This document shows positions 26,901 to 39,900 of a stretch of DNA of 64,000 nucleotides, one piece after another (the stretch's first letter is position 1; each line of letters starts with the position of its first letter). The translations under genes were made by a program, and so were the position numbers. The notes beneath the pieces were generated by a model. It had not been told where the DNA came from. It saw only the letters and a program-made list of their open reading frames with translations, and searched no databases. The stretch is from Dimorphilus gyrociliatus (Eukaryota > Animalia > Annelida): positions 2,163,713 through 2,227,712 of the forward strand of contig CAJFCJ010000004.1 in the NCBI GenBank assembly GCA_904063045.1, written 5' to 3'.

Positions 26901-29900
26901 AATAGCTATAAACTGTCACCAATGGTTAATTACATCTGTGAAAAAGAATATGACGTCTACCAGCTTTATTAAAAACGAAATGCTACCTTGGACACAAAAA
27001 TCTCGTATTTTGTGAAATAAATTGTTTTATGGACTCTACTGGATTAGGGATGTTGACTTTGTATTTTGAATAATGTGTATTTGGGAGATTTAAAAGATTA
27101 TCTTACTTGAATACGAAACGAATCCGAAGTTGAAGTTAATTTTTGAGCAAAACTAAACCCAGCCAATTTCCAAGAGGAGCGTTTCGTAATTAGGATTGAT
27201 TGAGGAGAAATGTTACCATGCAACATTCTCTCGGTATTGTGCAGGTAGGAGAGGGCATCAGTAATTTGTAGGAGACCGTATTTAATTTCTACCTCCATTA
27301 GCGAATAGTCCTGAAGGATAAGAGATTACTAGTTTCTGTCAATTCTGATTTTATAATCACAACCTTTATATCCGGATTGATTGGTAGGGGTAGGCGTTCA
27401 TAGTTTCCTAAAATGTTGGCCAAGCTTGCGAAAACCGGTTCAGTTGCAAATGCTAAACTTGTGCTGTTAGGAAAGACAAATTACTGTCCGCATTTATCAT
27501 TCTATTAATAAAAAGGGTGACATTTAAACTCCTCCCATTAAAGAACCAAAATATAGGACAGGGTTTCTAGAATTTTATTGGCAAGTTTTCTATAAGATTT
27601 AAACTATAACAGCTTGACACCAGTTAGTTATAACAAGCTATTATAAGGCCTATAGTGAACCACATTACAAACATTGCTGTAACTTATTGTTACAATTATT
27701 ATTACTGTTATTACTATTACTATTATTATTACTATTACTATTATTATTATTATTACTTTTTGTTATATTTATTAACGGCGGGAGACGTTAGTTCAATTCA
27801 TAATTATAAATAATAGTATATTATACTCTATTGTATTAGACATGGCGTAATTTGTAATATACCGTGTCCTTCCTGGTTATTGTAAACAATAAGAAGGTAA
27901 TAGATTTTCTATAGGAGAGAAAAGCAATTATATTGCTACTGGAGGCTCTTTTATAATCAAGTGCTTAGAGCGAACTTGTAGAAAAATCTCGTCATCTGCA
28001 ATAGAAGTCGTTTATATTCTCCCTTTTCTTCTATTTTACAAAAGGTCATATCAGTTTATACGCTGATCAAACTCCTACATGCCGTTATTTTTATATAAGA
28101 TTCAACTAAATTAGCTCATTTCCTTTTTAAATATCATATATCCATACAATTCAACTATATATAGTTTATGTAAATTATGTGTTATAAATATACATCAGAT
28201 AGTGTATTTCATATGCTGCCTTCTTTTATCATTTCCCTTTATTATTCAAATATTTTATTGAAACTCTTTTGCCTAAAAGAATAAGGAATAGGATATCCAT
28301 TAACGGAATAAGAATTACTGTAATAAAGCATCACGTGATATTTTAGTGACTATATAATAACATTTTATCCATTATTTCATTGGACATTTAGGTCCCAGAT
28401 GAATTAAACACCCCTTACCTGCATTCTTCCAAGTGATGCAGTACTTTTAAAATCTTTGGATGTTTTATTGTCATAAGCATCTTAACGTCTCTTCTTAACA
28501 CTTCTGCAACTTGCTCCTTCCTTCTAGGCTTATGAAGCTTATCAGCGATTTTCTTGTCGAAAACAAACACAGAAACAGCCTGTAACAATAGTCCTAAGGT
28601 TATTATACGCTATTGTTTTTCCTAAAACAAATATATCGTCTTTATTTAGAGAGTGTCCTGAACTACATTGAATAAAGATGATTAATTAGAAAAATATGCT
28701 TACATAAGTAAAGTATCTAATGCATACGTTTATAATAGCAATAATAATGACTTTCATTAGCATATATACTTTATTGTTAAGCTCTACAATAAGATTGTTT
28801 AATAAAGAAATATTTTGATATAAAGTAATATTATTCATTACTGCAAGTGAATTTTACTAATGTACCGTACAGCCTTTCTTAAGTAAACTAAACTATGCTT
28901 ACTCAATATTCAAATCGTATTCTAATTAATTAGTTAATAGTTTATTAGATTAATAGTAATACTTGTATCAACAATTGCATTTAAAATACGGAAATGTATT
29001 ACTTTAATATTTTAATTAAATGAAAGGAAAAGATTTTACATTTGTATGCATATTATTAATTATGTCTTACGAATATTACATGCACAGTCCTTCTATAAAT
29101 GAAGTATAATGCTATTAAGAACTCTACACCTAATTAATACTCTTATATTTATTTACTAGTCTACTTTGTACTTAAATTATTATTGGGCTTTGCAGTATTT
29201 TACCGCACCCTACCCTATCCTAGATGTACTTTTATCATCAATTGTCAGTACTATCAAGAATGTCTACGTTAACGAGAAAGTTTAGCTGCACTGCTGGCTA
29301 ATTATTCTATTATATAATTAAAAAGCTATTTTGACTTTTTTCTTCACATCTTTTCCATGTATTTCATCCCTAAGATCTAAAGTAAAGCTGAGTTACTTAA
29401 TAAAAATAAGATGAAAAGCTCGGCTTTCTTGTCAACTATAGGCATTAAAATATATATCAAATCATTGAAGAAATTAAGTATTTTTTCCCTCTCCTCCTCC
29501 TTAAGGTTGTTAGACATCCCTGTCTTGAAAATATTTTGTAAATATACAATAAGTAGAGTATCAACCTAAAGTTTATTTGTGTTATATATATAGAGTATAA
29601 TGTGAGCGTATATGTTATATTTAGGGACTGTACTCTGGGAAGGCAACTCGTCTAATCGTATTTGAGTGATAAACGATTTGTACGTTCTCTATGAAAAAAA
29701 TTTCCCACTAATGGAAAATATAGTAAGACCACCTTTGAGTCTGAATTCCGTGTTGCGTCGAAGATTTTCCAAGCCATTTCCGGTCCGCAACTGGCCTGTT
29801 GCCTCGTCAATGTAAAATGTTCACATATTGGGTTCGCTTCATCCGTTCCAAGCGAATTCTGGAAAATCAATGTAAAATTAGGGTCAAATTTTCTCTCATT

Positions 29901-30498
29901 TCCTGCTCCTAAATCTAGGTAATTTCACTTGATAAACGCTAATTTTTGCAGACGTTTCTTTTTAAATAAAATTATTAGATTTCTTTAAATGATTGTAATT
30001 TGAGAAGTAGCGTAATACTATCTGGTATTTAAAAAAAATATTCTATTAGCTAGCTAATCTTAGTTAATCTAAAATAATCTGTATTTGCTAATTCTGTAGA
30101 TTTTGTTATATTTGAATCTAGGGACTATTGGCCATAAAATCTATTTTAATATTCTTAAGGCTAAATACACTTTTCAGTTAAAATTATTGTCATTTTACAA
30201 AAGTTTTCAGGTTATTTTTTTAGTTGTTACTTTTATCAATTAGACTATTTCTATCACTGCCCTTTCTGAGAATAATCTGGGAAATTATGGCAAATAATCC
30301 ATTTCGCCAATTTCGCTCCAAAAGTTCCTGACATTTTTACAGGAAAAAAGGTTAAAAGAAATATAAGAAATTAGCATTTTCTAGAACGACGTTTGCAACC
30401 GTACTGCCTTTCCAGTTCGTGTCGTTTGATGTTTACGTAATTAATATAAAATGGGGAAGAGGAGACAAACTAACCTTAAGCATGGAGAGCATATCCAT
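14997..30498 (-). CDS. SCYL2: SCY1-like protein 2 (SCYL2-like) pseudokinase with HEAT region and long basic/serine tail, about 800 aa, 15 core exons
   Basis: Exons: 30498-30475 (MDMLSMLK), 29858-29733 (NPICEHF...ASCGPEMAWKIFDA), 28579-28419 (VSVFVFDKKIADKLHKPRRKE...HPKILKVLH), 27463-27364 (LAFATEPVFASLANILG), 27310-27107 (EIKYGLLQITDALSYLH...HGNISPQSILI...WKLAGF), about 26598-26367 (QPHLDYVAPE), 25155-25024, 23986-23861 (LKFFDDP), 22657-22111 (HEAT-like), 20863-20632, 19993-19872, 16228-16125, 16064-15894, 15240-15148, 15023-14997 (MSFFVGGR*). All junctions are GT-AG and phase-compatible except 27107 to 26598. Confidence 0.9.
17664..17756 (-). CDS. Candidate 93-nt cassette exon of the SCYL2-like gene
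   Basis: Acceptor gcaacag and strong donor CTG|gtgaga. Phase 1-1, multiple of 3, no stop: RRSYVASNNSASRQFLSAVAGFHGHTYVYYT. The polypyrimidine tract is weak. Confidence 0.4.
18516..18572 (-). CDS. Candidate 57-nt cassette exon (or start of an alternative terminal exon) of the SCYL2-like gene
   Basis: Acceptor gcaaacag, phase 1, reads IMAASQYYRRSSIINRYGG with the RRxS motif typical of this tail. The donor G|gttcga is weak, and the frame continues to a stop at 18337. Confidence 0.35.
27695..27756. repeat. (TAT/TAC)n trinucleotide microsatellite
   Basis: Imperfect attattactattactattattatt run in a SCYL2-like intron. Confidence 0.85.
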
Positions 30499-30499
30499 G

Positions 30500-30535
30500 T
30501 TACAACAACGCTTCGGCATGTGTACGCCGTTTCAT
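30500..30535 (-). other. Upstream ORF (MKRRTHAEALL*) ending 1 nt before the SCYL2-like start codon
   Basis: ATG immediately after the acceptor ttccttcaaaacag (30535). TAA at 30502-30500, one C, then the main ATG at 30498. Confidence 0.5.
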
Positions 30536-30944
30536 CTGTTTTGAAGGAAAAAAAACATGTTTCTTTATTTGATTTTCTTAATTTTCTTAATATTTTATTA
30601 TATATAAATATATAAATATATACAGTATACATATATATATACACCGCGCAAATAATACAGAAAATATAGACCATCTTTCATTAAACTAAACGGGTAAAAA
30701 TATCTCCTTCTATACTCAGTTAAAAAGGTGCCAATGAGATGGGAGAACCTTTTCTACAGATTTATGTAGTAATCTTCAATTACCGCTTTTAGAAAAGTAA
30801 AAATTGAAAGGAAGAAAACACAACTCGAATGTATAATACTTCCTTAGGATACAGGTGTATATATACAGTAAACAGAATGTAGACTAGTCAAACATTTGCT
30901 AAAAACAACAAGAACGGAATTGATAGAGATGTTCCTGAGAAAGC

Positions 30945-30950
<6 letters not shown>

Positions 30951-30978
<28 letters not shown>
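30951..30978. repeat. (TA)n microsatellite
   Basis: Pure TA run. Confidence 0.9.
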
Positions 30979-30979
<1 letters not shown>

Positions 30980-33900
30980 TTCCATCCCAATTTTAGGCTA
31001 ATTTATGAGAACTGAAATCATCCTAAATATAGTAACAGCATGTTTTATCACTATATCACGTTGCACAATCCAAATTTTTCTCACAATAGCAGAAATATTG
31101 CAGAAAATGTATTACAACACCTTAGTGTTTTTTACTCTCTAATGTAAACGTACCGCAAAAGACTATCTCAACGTCAATTTCTGCTTATTTCGGTCTGAAA
31201 TAGATATTCAATTACAGACTATGCGTATTACTATGTCACTTCTATTAATAATATATTTCTATGAAATTACGCCATAAATTCCATTTTGCTGTAAAATACC
31301 GTAAAATACAGGTAATTATTGATCGTTTTTATTCTTAATAGCAAGGTAATTCTGAAAGGTTTGTTTTCATAAAATAATTGCAGTATAAAAATATTTACAT
31401 CAGTTTGAAAATGTTAATAAAACATAGGAAAAAGCTTAGCATTTGTTCTTATCACTTTACTTTTCTTTAGTAAATTTTATTAAACTTGTTAATAGATTTT
31501 GCCAATTTAAAAATGACATGCTTTTGACATATCTTTATTGATTGAACGAAAAATAGGGTTATCTCATGTTTATTGCCTTATTATACGTATTTAGGAAAAT
31601 AAATGATGGAATCAGGTCCAGCCGAGAAAAATATAGCGTGGTTAGCCACACCGCAATCATAATGGATCTACGGACAAAAAGTTCGCCAATACAACCGCAA
31701 AAATGTTTTTGGTCATGAAAGAGAAAATGCGTTCGATTTTTTCAGCTCTAACATTGGCAATCGGTTTTACAAGCCTTATAGCTACGCTTCGTCGATCATG
31801 TGACAAACAACGTTAAAATGAAACCGACTAAAAGTCCAGGATTCCTAAACGTTTTACCAAACAGGATTAACTAATTTCAAATTGCCATAAATAGACCACT
31901 TTTTTTTTCTAAGAGATGTTATTTAAGTAGTATAACTAATGTATGTGTTTGTCACATTGTGACATATTTTGACAAACGGCTTTCAATTATGAAAGCACCG
32001 TTGTGAAAATTAGCTTAGGCCTAGATTTATAGACTGAGTGTGTCAAGTGCTAATGACTTGAAGTGGATTAAGTAATTTCCGGTTTATTTGCCACATTTGG
32101 TCTATTTGTTCACTTTGAAATTGTTTAGAAAAACTTATTAGAATTATAATTTGACAAAAGAATTTAATAAAACTAAAAGCATTTTTATTTTATTAATTAA
32201 AAGTGCAAGGAAAAATATTGAGGATAGAGAAAAGTAAGGATTAAGTCATTCTTTTAGGGAAAGAACTAAAAAAAGAAATATACTATTGAAAAGGATTATT
32301 AAACATTCTCAGAAAATTAATTACAAAATGCTTATCACTCTTTCAATTTTTCAACCTTGCACTTGTTTTTATTCATTAGATTTTTTATTTCCTTATTTTT
32401 CATCTATTTCTCACACTGTCTATCTATCTGTCAATCTATCTATCTATCTCTGTATCTGTCTATCTGTCTGTCTGCTTGTCCATTTCACTCTCGCCCCTAA
32501 GTTAGATATCCTTAAAATAAGAGTTGTAACAGGAAGAGTAAAAAAAGGAGGACAAGTTCCACTTGTAATAGGCTTATAACATTAGTCAAAACCTACTCTT
32601 TTATGGTTTGACAGAGGGGAAACATATATTAATATATAAAGTAGATTTGTTTAAGCGTATACAGCGAAAATAAAAAAGAAATTTTGTATATTTTAGTTAA
32701 AGAAAAAGGAAAACAAGAAGAAAAAGGATTTCTTTTATTAGGAAGTAAAATCAGGGCTTTCATCTTACAAACATATTCTATAGTTGAACTCTAAATGCAA
32801 ATGAAATCTATTATGTTTCCAACAATATTAAGTTAGATATGCAAAATTAATTAAGTTGAGATATTTTTGCTTAAGATAGTAAAAAAAAAGGTATACAGCT
32901 TATTGAATCATTGGATATCCTTTATAGATTACTAGCCAGGAGGCATTCTTAATAACATGCTATACCAAATATTTTCTCTTCTACAAGCTCTTCTATTGGG
33001 AGATAGACACATAAGGATATTTTCTTACGTTCAAAATTCTTATAAGCCTATAAACTAAAATTATATTTCATTATATACAATATGCACATGAGCATATATT
33101 CTATATGGATACTCTTTCTTCATTATATATTCCTTTATACAATGATTATAAAGTTTTTTATTAATAAAAAGCAAAATAAAAACGAATAGAGAAGAAAATT
33201 TGAAATAAATGAGATATTTATTGGTTATTCAAGAAGAAGAATAGGGAAGAGAAAAGAAAACAAAGAATCTTAGAATAACCCTTAGTTTTTCCATTGTAAT
33301 GAAAGTACAGTGCAAGGAGAAGAATAGATATGGCTAAGTATAGAAATTTATCAAAGGTATAGTGTCTCCGCTGTCTAAAATTACGCAAAGTAGTTATTTC
33401 ACTTTATAATATGGGCAACTAGGGAATGTTTTACATTTGAAATTCTTTATAATTAAATGTATAAGCTCCAAAGAATGCCCCATTAAACTGGATGAACAGC
33501 TAGAAACTATAAATGATTATATGAAAAAGAAAATTAAACCACCAAAACGTTATACGTTGATACCAATTGCGTGACGGTTTAAGAGTTCGTATTTCTTCCA
33601 ACAAGTAGAATTAAGCATGCAAAAAAATCTTAGCCGACAAACGACTGGAAAATTTATTCGAAACACGGAAAGGGCAATAGAAAAAGTATCCGACATTTTT
33701 CGCTTCATAAATTCCAGTATGAAGTATATAAAGACAAATAAAAGTCTTATTTAACAACCAATAAAACTTTAAAATCACATAAATAGAATAGTAAATTTAA
33801 GATTCTTTTATTTTCATATATGTTCAAACTCTTATTCAATCTAATTGACTGTTATAACCTTGTTTGCTTAAGATGAATTGAATAAACATAAAAAAGGTAA

Positions 33901-36900
33901 ACTAGAAAGAAATAGAATATAATTATCCTTTATTTTAGCAAGAACTGGAACAAATCTTTTTATTAATTATCAGAAAAAATGATCAGGTAAGATCTAGACG
34001 TTCTTCTCTAGCATGGTTTATAAGGAGGGCCTGCTCAAATCAAACACGCGCTTAATCGCAGAAAAAATTCTCCTTTTGATGTTAACTTTTATTAATTAGC
34101 TATAATTAATTTAGTTTTTGGTTTTATTTATCTAAAGAGAGGGAAGAAAAGTAGTAGTGTATTATTCTTACATCTTAACAAAAGCACACGTACATAGTTC
34201 TTTACTTTTTAGCTATCTTATCCCTTCAATTCCCTTCCCTCCCTCTTGCCTTCCCTCTCCTCTGTTCCCTATTCTCTTTCATTCTATCCTGCTACTGTCT
34301 TTTTTCTTTTCTCAAGTTGTCGTATAATAAAACGATAAGCAGGAGAAAACCTCCGAAAATAAAGGAAAGGAGATAGCCATTGAAAATAATTCAACGCTGT
34401 CTGGTAATGGAAGATTATAGCACTCTAAGGTCATTGTGTGAGATGTTACTATCAGCATCAAAATGAGCGCAGAAGCTAGCCATACGGTGAAGTGCAATAC
34501 GTTGTCAATTAGAACGGAAACTGATTACTTTTAGTAGGTAAAAGTTTAATTACTTTTTCTTTAGGTAAAAATTTAAGAAGTCTCAACAAAAAAAGTATTA
34601 AAAATATAATTATTGAAAAAAGTATAAAGAAGTTTCAGTTTTATTTGGGAAATAGAAAAACAAAAAATCTGAAAGAAAAGGAAAAAGAATTGTTAGGAAA
34701 GTTTTGGAGAAAATTATGGAATAATAGAATGGAGGAAAACGACCGGAATTGGGGATGGAAAGGCAAACGTTGTTAATTACGTGTACTGTTCCAGTTCTCG
34801 TTTGTTATAACTCAGGAAAAAAGGAAGCAATTCTAGCGTAAAATTTTTTCTAAAGGCAAACTAGGCGTTAGTTAAAGGACTTGTTGAGAGTTTGTCCGTA
34901 AAAAGAAAAAATATGAGTGCAAGAACTTTTTTTCATATAGTAAGTCTACAGGCTCAAAGGCGTCGTAGATGAGAGAGAGTGGCGTCTAAGAACCGCGTTG
35001 TTGACGAGTAGCACGAAAGCCTGTGGCTAAAATGGAAAATTGTCTTGGCACTGGTTTGTCACAAGTTTGCCAGTGCAATTTTCCAAATCGATTCTCGACT
35101 GCTTTATCACTTTATCTGTAAGGCGTTGCTTGATAATTAACGACGATTAATCGACTTGCTATGTCACGACTGTTTTTCTATTCTTTTCTAGTTTGTTAAT
35201 TGATAAGGGAATGATAAGTTACCCATTCGCTTCTAAAAGCTTTTATACGGACAGTTTATATAGCTCTTGTTTCGCTTTCTATTCTCTTTGTATATGAGGA
35301 CACGTGTACAAAAAATATTGTAAATATGGATATAAGTCTATGTACAATACAAACCACCACATGTAAATAGTAAGACTAGCCTGTGGAAGTACTTGGCTAT
35401 TTGATTCATTATTCGGCTTAGTCTGCAATTAACAACCAACCAGACGAGAAAAATTGAATAATAGCTTACTATTTATATATTATCTAATTTCCGTTCTACT
35501 GCAAAAAAACCTCCTTAAATTTAGTACGAAAAAAACCATACAGTAATTGCGGGAGGTAGGTAATAAAATTTTATCAGACCGAATATAAATCAAATTTTAT
35601 TGAGTACTCTCCTCTAAAGACAAGAATAAATTCTCAAGAATAATTACTATTACAAAATCGTTTCTAATTTTTAGTAAAAGAAATATATAACATAATATCC
35701 ATTGCAGTAATTTTACTTATTTTATTCATGTAATCTTTTTTTCGTCTTTATCAATCTTTTCATTTCTTTCCTCCCCATCTCACTCAATTAATTCCCGTTT
35801 CTTATTTAGACAGTCTTTTTTTCACTTGAAAACTTATTATAAACTTGCTCTTACAATCTTTCACATTATAACTTTTAATTAATTTCTTAATTGTTACTCT
35901 GCTCTATAAGTTTAGAGTTGTATACTGTCTACTTGTAAATTTAGATTTTCTCCCCATATACATTTATACAGTATATATATTTATATATATGTATATACAA
36001 TTTTTTAATTAAATATTTTACTTGTAAAGTTTCCCCTTAGCTATTTCTTGTTTGTTTGTTTTTTTTTGTAACTATTATTGTATCTCTCTATTTACAGGGT
36101 TGCATATAGCCTCAAGTTGTCTTATCAAAGTCATCTAAATATTTATTACATTGTCTTTTTCTCCTTCATAATTGAGATTAAATTGAGTTGGTTATGCTAT
36201 AGAAAAAGTATCACAGAATATTCACAAAGTATAATTACATAAATATTCAACTATTACAAATTTACTCTATATGAATACATAAAAATTGTTATCATTAAGA
36301 AAATTTACATATTGTTAATTTCTATTTAATGGATATTTTTCTCCTCTCAAAGTTCTTTATTTAAGCAATATATTGATTTTTTCCCTTCTAAACCACTCTC
36401 TTCGAATTAAATTAACATTTACAACGATTGTACTATTATGTTCAATATTAAACTAGTAATCTTATTAAGCTTATCTTGCTTTATCTCAAATAATAGGAAA
36501 GCAGAGAAAGGAGGACAGGAGAATGAATTTCTTGAGAATAAATATAATTACGGTATAGAACCAAATTTTATTTTTATCTCTCGTTTAGTGTATATCCAGA
36601 GTATTGTCCGAGAAAAGAATTAATTTTCTTATATATTACGGTATGGAAGTGTGAGATATTATCCAAATCTTCTCTGCTGCGTATTTAATTATCAAGACGG
36701 AAATTAGTATTTATCAGGATTCATGACAGTTCTGTTACATTTACAACTATAATTGTATATACAGCTGTATAAATGGCCATCCCAATATATATACTGTTAT
36801 ATAAATATATTATATATTAAATAGATCCTTTTCCAAGTACATACAATCTATAGATTAAACTATATGTTTACGTACAGTATATATTGATGTCTTAGATATA

Positions 36901-39900
36901 TACGCATAGCTAAAAAAAGCATCATAAAGCACTGTCAATTATTCAAAATTACAGAAGATACCTTCCTCATCATTTTATGTGTGTACAAAACTGTATTTAA
37001 AGCATCCCCTCCTTTATAGAAATCTATTTGTTAAGGTGAGAATTATATGGCTAGGTAGGTGCAAAAAGTATTGTTATATACATACATATGTTAACATATA
37101 CTTATATATATATACTATATATATATATATATATATATAATCAGTACAAAAAACCAGGGTGCATACATTTTTACTTTGACATAGTCTGATAGACTGTAAT
37201 TCCTATTTTTGGCAGGGAAGGGGAGCAAACGGAAAATAGTTAAACGAATGGAGTTTAGTTTGGAAACAAAAAGCAGGCATGACAGTACGTAGGTTTCACT
37301 TCCGATATCTCACGTTATACAGTTTCAAGTACCTGATTATGGAGAAAATATTAGAATATTACCGATTGTGTCACACCAACAAAACCCGCAAGCGTATTCT
37401 TCAAAATGTAAAGGAGCATTATTTTCAAGCCTTAAGCAAACACTTGTTCTACTTCGATTCGTGTTTATATATGTATATGTGTTTATATATGCATGTATAT
37501 ATATTAATATATGCAGTATATATATATATAAATATATATATAAATGTACATATAGATGTAATGCTCATTAAAATTATAATTGCTTAACCATAGGCTTCAC
37601 TTGTGATTTTTGTTTTCGTAGATGTTTGATATGTAAAACCTTTTTAGTAATGACGTTAGTGGTAGAAGAGATAGAGACCATTGAACAATTATACATTTTT
37701 ATGGTATACGCAGCAATTTGTCCCCCATTATAAAAGAGACTTTGTTTTTTATGTTTGTATTGAAAATCGCTAAAAAGGAAAAAGATAAATAGACCTTCAT
37801 CTCTCTGATAAATCATTGTCATGCTTCAAAATCCTAACCCTATAAATATTTAAAATATTTCTAATCGACTCCTTTTTTCCTAAATTTGGACAGCATGATA
37901 CTTCTACATCAGCCTTTGCAATTCTCATCTATGCAAAATTTATCACCTAGTACTATAAATAGACTTTAAATATTCATTCAATTACATCAATTATCTACAA
38001 TAAAGTTAATTTCAATAGAAATTAAAGAAAATGTTGTCAACCATTAATATTAACTTTTTCTTTAAGCAATTCATTCATTAACTCTTAGTTAACGTCTCTT
38101 TTTTTACTATGTCAAATATAAATAGAAATAGTGTTCCATTTCATTCTACAAATTATTCGTATAAAAACCTTGATTTAATATTATGATAAGGACCTCGAAT
38201 GTAGATGAGCCGGAAGAATTGGAGAGAAATACACACACAGAGAAACGAGAGGATTGGCAAGGGATAGTAAGGGAGGGAAGGGGAAAGGAGAAGAAGAATT
38301 GGCAATGAATCAGTTTTGTGAATTAAAGATGAAAAATGAAAAATCGAATTTTTGCCATGGTTTCTTTGAAAAGCGTGAAGAAACCATAAAGAGTGAAAAG
38401 GAAAGAGAAAGTGGGAAAGAGAGTATTTTTTTGAGATGTTGAGATGAGGAAAAAGCATAGTTTGTCTCTTACGCTCTTTTAGTTTTATACAAAAAGAAAG
38501 GAAAATAAAGAAATTGATGATATAATAAATTTGGTTTTGATTTCCATTAGTAAATAATTAGTGAACATTTTTTATATAAATAAAGCATGTCAAACGTTAC
38601 TGTTGTTTAATTTATTTAATCTTTCTGTCGGATTTACCTTGAATGATTCCGTTTTGAAGTACTTTTACATAAAAGCTTTGAGGATCTGATATGTAAATTA
38701 TCAAAAAAGCTATAACTCGAATAGACACGGCGTCTAATTCTATTTATCTTAGGTCTAGAAAAACGACGAGGCCCGCTTCTAGACGTTTCAAGAAGCGCGA
38801 ATGTAATATACGAGCATATTATTGGCAGCTGCTGGGAATCTGTAATATTTACATAATTAATTATGCATAAACATTTTATGCGTAACGAGTAACTGTTTAC
38901 GTTTGAGTAGGTAAAAACTAAAACGATTAGAACGGAATGATTAGTTTTTTAAAAATGACCCTAAGCCTATCCTTAATTAGGGCAATTACTAGAAGATTCT
39001 ACTTCAAGATAAGTAAGATTGTTAAAGGTCAACTTTAAAATCATACCAACTAAAGTAGTTTCCAAGTTTCACATGTAAATAATAAGGTTTACTTAAAAAA
39101 GAAACATCTTATATTCTTACACAAGAAGTAAAATATTTGAAGAAAAATTATGGCAGTTAAAATCACAGTTCTTTCTTTACTGTAGAAAGGAGTAATATCT
39201 TTCACTATAATATACATCAAATAATTGGCTAGTAATGATCATAAAGATGAAATTGCGTCAGAAATTGATTTCTTTTCCATGCTTCATAAACATTTGAGCG
39301 TAATCACACGGAATACCTGCTTATATCTACCTGACCCTGAACAAGTTGAAAGTAGACGCTTTACAAAAAAAACATTCTCTTCTTTTTCAAATATATATCC
39401 ATATTGTGTATAGATAAATATAGATATATTTTTTACATAGTGTATACTCAGTATATTGCATTAAATATATGAATAATTCAATTCTTCAGCATTAGTCAAG
39501 TCAATAGTTTTGGTTATTATATTTCATAGGTTATCTTATTGAAAGGCTACTCTAATATAAATACTTTAAAATGTATAATTAAATCTAGTTTTTCTCCTAC
39601 TTTTCTCTTTTTTTATCTTCCCCTCTTTTTTCCTAATTAAAATATGTAAATTTTGATATTTTTCCTCTTCTTCCTTCGTTAATGATTACTCACAAGAAAT
39701 AGATTTGTAGCAAGTTTTTTTTTTTTGCACAACAATTTATATACTCGAATGACAGAATCCTTTGTAGTCACTCAGATGGTGACGTGATCAAAATACAACT
39801 GTTTTTTTTCTCTATTTTCTACAGTTTTACAAAATATATATAATTCAATGATTAACGTTAAACAACTTACATCTAAGCAATCCTGACATAAAAATAGAGC

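Noticed and set aside
26733-26972. ORFs rich in Y/I/V (also 30441-30674, 37368-37571, 45818-46316, 47184-47369, 49274-49459)
   Set aside because: Translation of TA microsatellites and AT-rich low-complexity DNA.
34312-34497. Minus-strand ORF with a signal-peptide-like start (TTG)
   Set aside because: Non-ATG start, no recognisable family, runs into CT-rich sequence.
35033-35085. Assignment of the hairpin to miR-263/182 or miR-92
   Set aside because: Only the seed and start match; the stem is too short and the putative mature sequence would run into the loop.
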